A DNA stretch of 64,000 nt. Source: Cyanophora paradoxa CCMP329 (Eukaryota > Plantae > Glaucophyta). The first letter of the stretch is position 1. Every line of letters begins with the position of its first letter. Shown in pieces: positions 62,483 through 64,000 of this stretch. Made by a program: the position numbers and the translations under genes. The notes below the pieces were generated by a model. It was not told where the DNA came from. It made no database searches and worked only from the letters and a program-made list of their open reading frames with translations. The stretch is from the NCBI GenBank assembly GCA_004431415.1, contig QPMI01000160.1, positions 101,297-165,296 on the forward strand. The letters are read 5' to 3'.

Positions 62483-64000
62483 CTAATCGAGGGCCATGGG
62501 CGTCGCCTCGTCCCCCGCCTCGGCTGCCGCCGCCGCCGCCGCCGCCGGGCGGCCGAGCTGCCCGGCCCAAAGGCGTCAGCTGCAGGCCCGTCAGGGGCGG
62601 GGCCGGGGGCTACAACGGACCGCGGCGAGGGCGCGGGCGAATCGCTCGGCGTCGGCGGCGGAGGCGGCGTGCAGCTGGGGGCCGGCGGCGGCCGCCGGCG
62701 GGGCGGCCGAGAGCGGGCTCGCCTCGTGCGGGGAGTGCAGGCAGTGGAGGTGCATCGCCGAGCCCTGCGCACGATGCGCGGGGCGCGACGTCAGAAGGGC
62801 AGCGGGAGAGGTTCAAAGGTTTGTATGTGAAGGCGAGGCCAGAAGTGGGCGGAAAGCATTAGAAAAGACCGGAGAAGCGGACGGAAAGCATTGGAAAAGA
62901 CCGGCTAGACGGCTGGCCGCCGGCTAGTGCCGGGCAGCGTCCACTCTAGCCTCTGGCGGCGCGCACTAGCCGGCGGCCAGCCGTCTCGCAGCATCTTGGG
63001 AGCTTCTCGAAGGTTTGAGGGCCGCCGCCCGGCCGGTGCCCGCGGCTGGAGGCTAGCTATAGACCGGACGAAAGCTCAAGCTCTCTGCTTGCTTAGCCTT
63101 AGAAAAGCTCCCTAGCTCCTTCACGTGAAACGGACCTGCGTGTAGCTTTTCTAAGCATCTAGAGAGCTTTTTTAAGGCATAAGGCGCGTGAAACGGACCT
63201 GCATGTAGAGGGCCCGTGCGCGCGGCTGGAGGCTAGACTGGACGAAAGCTCTTTTAACTTATCTTCTACCTTACAAAGCTCTCTAGGCCTTGGCTAACAA
63301 AAGCACCCCAACGTAAAACGGACCTGCATGTAGAGGGCGTGCGTGGCCGGGAGCGCGTTCGAAGCGGAGGCGGCGGGGCGCTCGCCGCTCGGGGCCGCGG
63401 CCGGGACGAGGGAGGTCAGGCAGGCGACCTTGCCCCCCGACAGGAACTTGACGAGGGACACTGTCGCACTGCGCTCGCTCGCTCGTTCAGGCGCTCAGGT
63501 GCGTCTCAGGGGGGGTACAAGAAGGCTCGCCTGTCCGTGGCGCAGGCGGGTGTAGCCCGGTGCAGGCACCGCACCCGGTACGCAGACATCTGGGGGGTGG
63601 AGATTCAGCCGGGCGAAGGCGAGGGGGGGGGTAGAAGGGGGGGTACGGGGCGCGCCTCGATGCCCTTCGGGGCGGGCTTCCAGTGGAGGACGCTGCCCCC
63701 GCCTGCGCCCTCGGCTGCCGCGCCAGGTCAGGTGAGCAGTGCCGCTTAGAGTTGGAGCGGCAGAATCAGAGAATTATGACTGTTCTAGAACGGCGGGAGA
63801 GCAGTGGAAGAGTTATGTAAAGGTGAGAGCGTCTTAGAGCGTGTGCCTAGAAGAGCGTCTTAGAATTGAAGCGGCAGTGGCGGCACCTGCGTGCCCGCGG
63901 CGGGGCGGGGCGGCGTGCGCATCGGCCGCGTGGAGCAGGACGACGTCGTACGCCCCCCCGTCCTGCGAACGAAGGCGGTCGGTGGGGGGGGGGGGGGGGG
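62483..64000 (-). CDS. INTS13: Integrator complex subunit 13 / Asunder-like protein, 3' part (5' end beyond window)
   Basis: Exon peptides GGAYDVVLLHAADAH, SVLHWKP, CLHRATP..SATVSLVKFLSGGKVACL, THALYMQ|GSAMHLHCL and ERFARAL parallel, in order, my recollection of INTS13 motifs (NYDVELLH..AH, LKW, AYRISP..PSSCLTNFLLNGRSVLL, SHMLSSHGGEIFLHVL). Probable stop at 62483-62485. Confidence 0.55.

Noticed and set aside
1-64000. tRNA, rRNA, transposase or reverse-transcriptase genes
   Set aside because: No recognisable motifs seen by eye; a tRNAscan/Infernal/HMM run would be needed to exclude them.

Overview
Eukaryotic, intron-rich, GC-rich genomic DNA, probably algal or protist (the style is reminiscent of a glaucophyte such as Cyanophora, but this is a low-confidence guess). 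Most entries in the ORF track are shadow frames of spliced genes. I can support eight genes. (1) A minus-strand protein with at least 3 LamG/concanavalin-like domains running off the left edge. (2) A DUF4062-NACHT/STAND-TPR protein. (3) A divergently transcribed PB1-ZZ protein of the p62/NBR1 type, with LIR/AIM motifs but no visible UBA. (4) A ~30 kb gene for a giant single-pass receptor: about 20 or more copies of an unrecognised two-Cys ~100-aa module (partly amplified as a 510-aa exon repeat), then REJ, a GAIN/GPS site (CNHL|TPFA), one TM and cytoplasmic FN3-like pairs. (5) A frameshifted F-box/LRR-like gene. (6) An ABCB half-transporter. (7) A 5-exon gene with two Ada-like Zn-binding modules. 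(8) An INTS13/Asunder-like gene running off the right edge. Non-coding highlights: introns that contain tandem copies of their own exon-intron junctions, frequent GC-AG introns, intergenic DNA densely packed with overlapping short palindromes, a 260-bp foldback element, and a 1138-bp tandem duplication that is probably an assembly artefact. All gene models were read by eye, and boundaries, especially start codons, are approximate.
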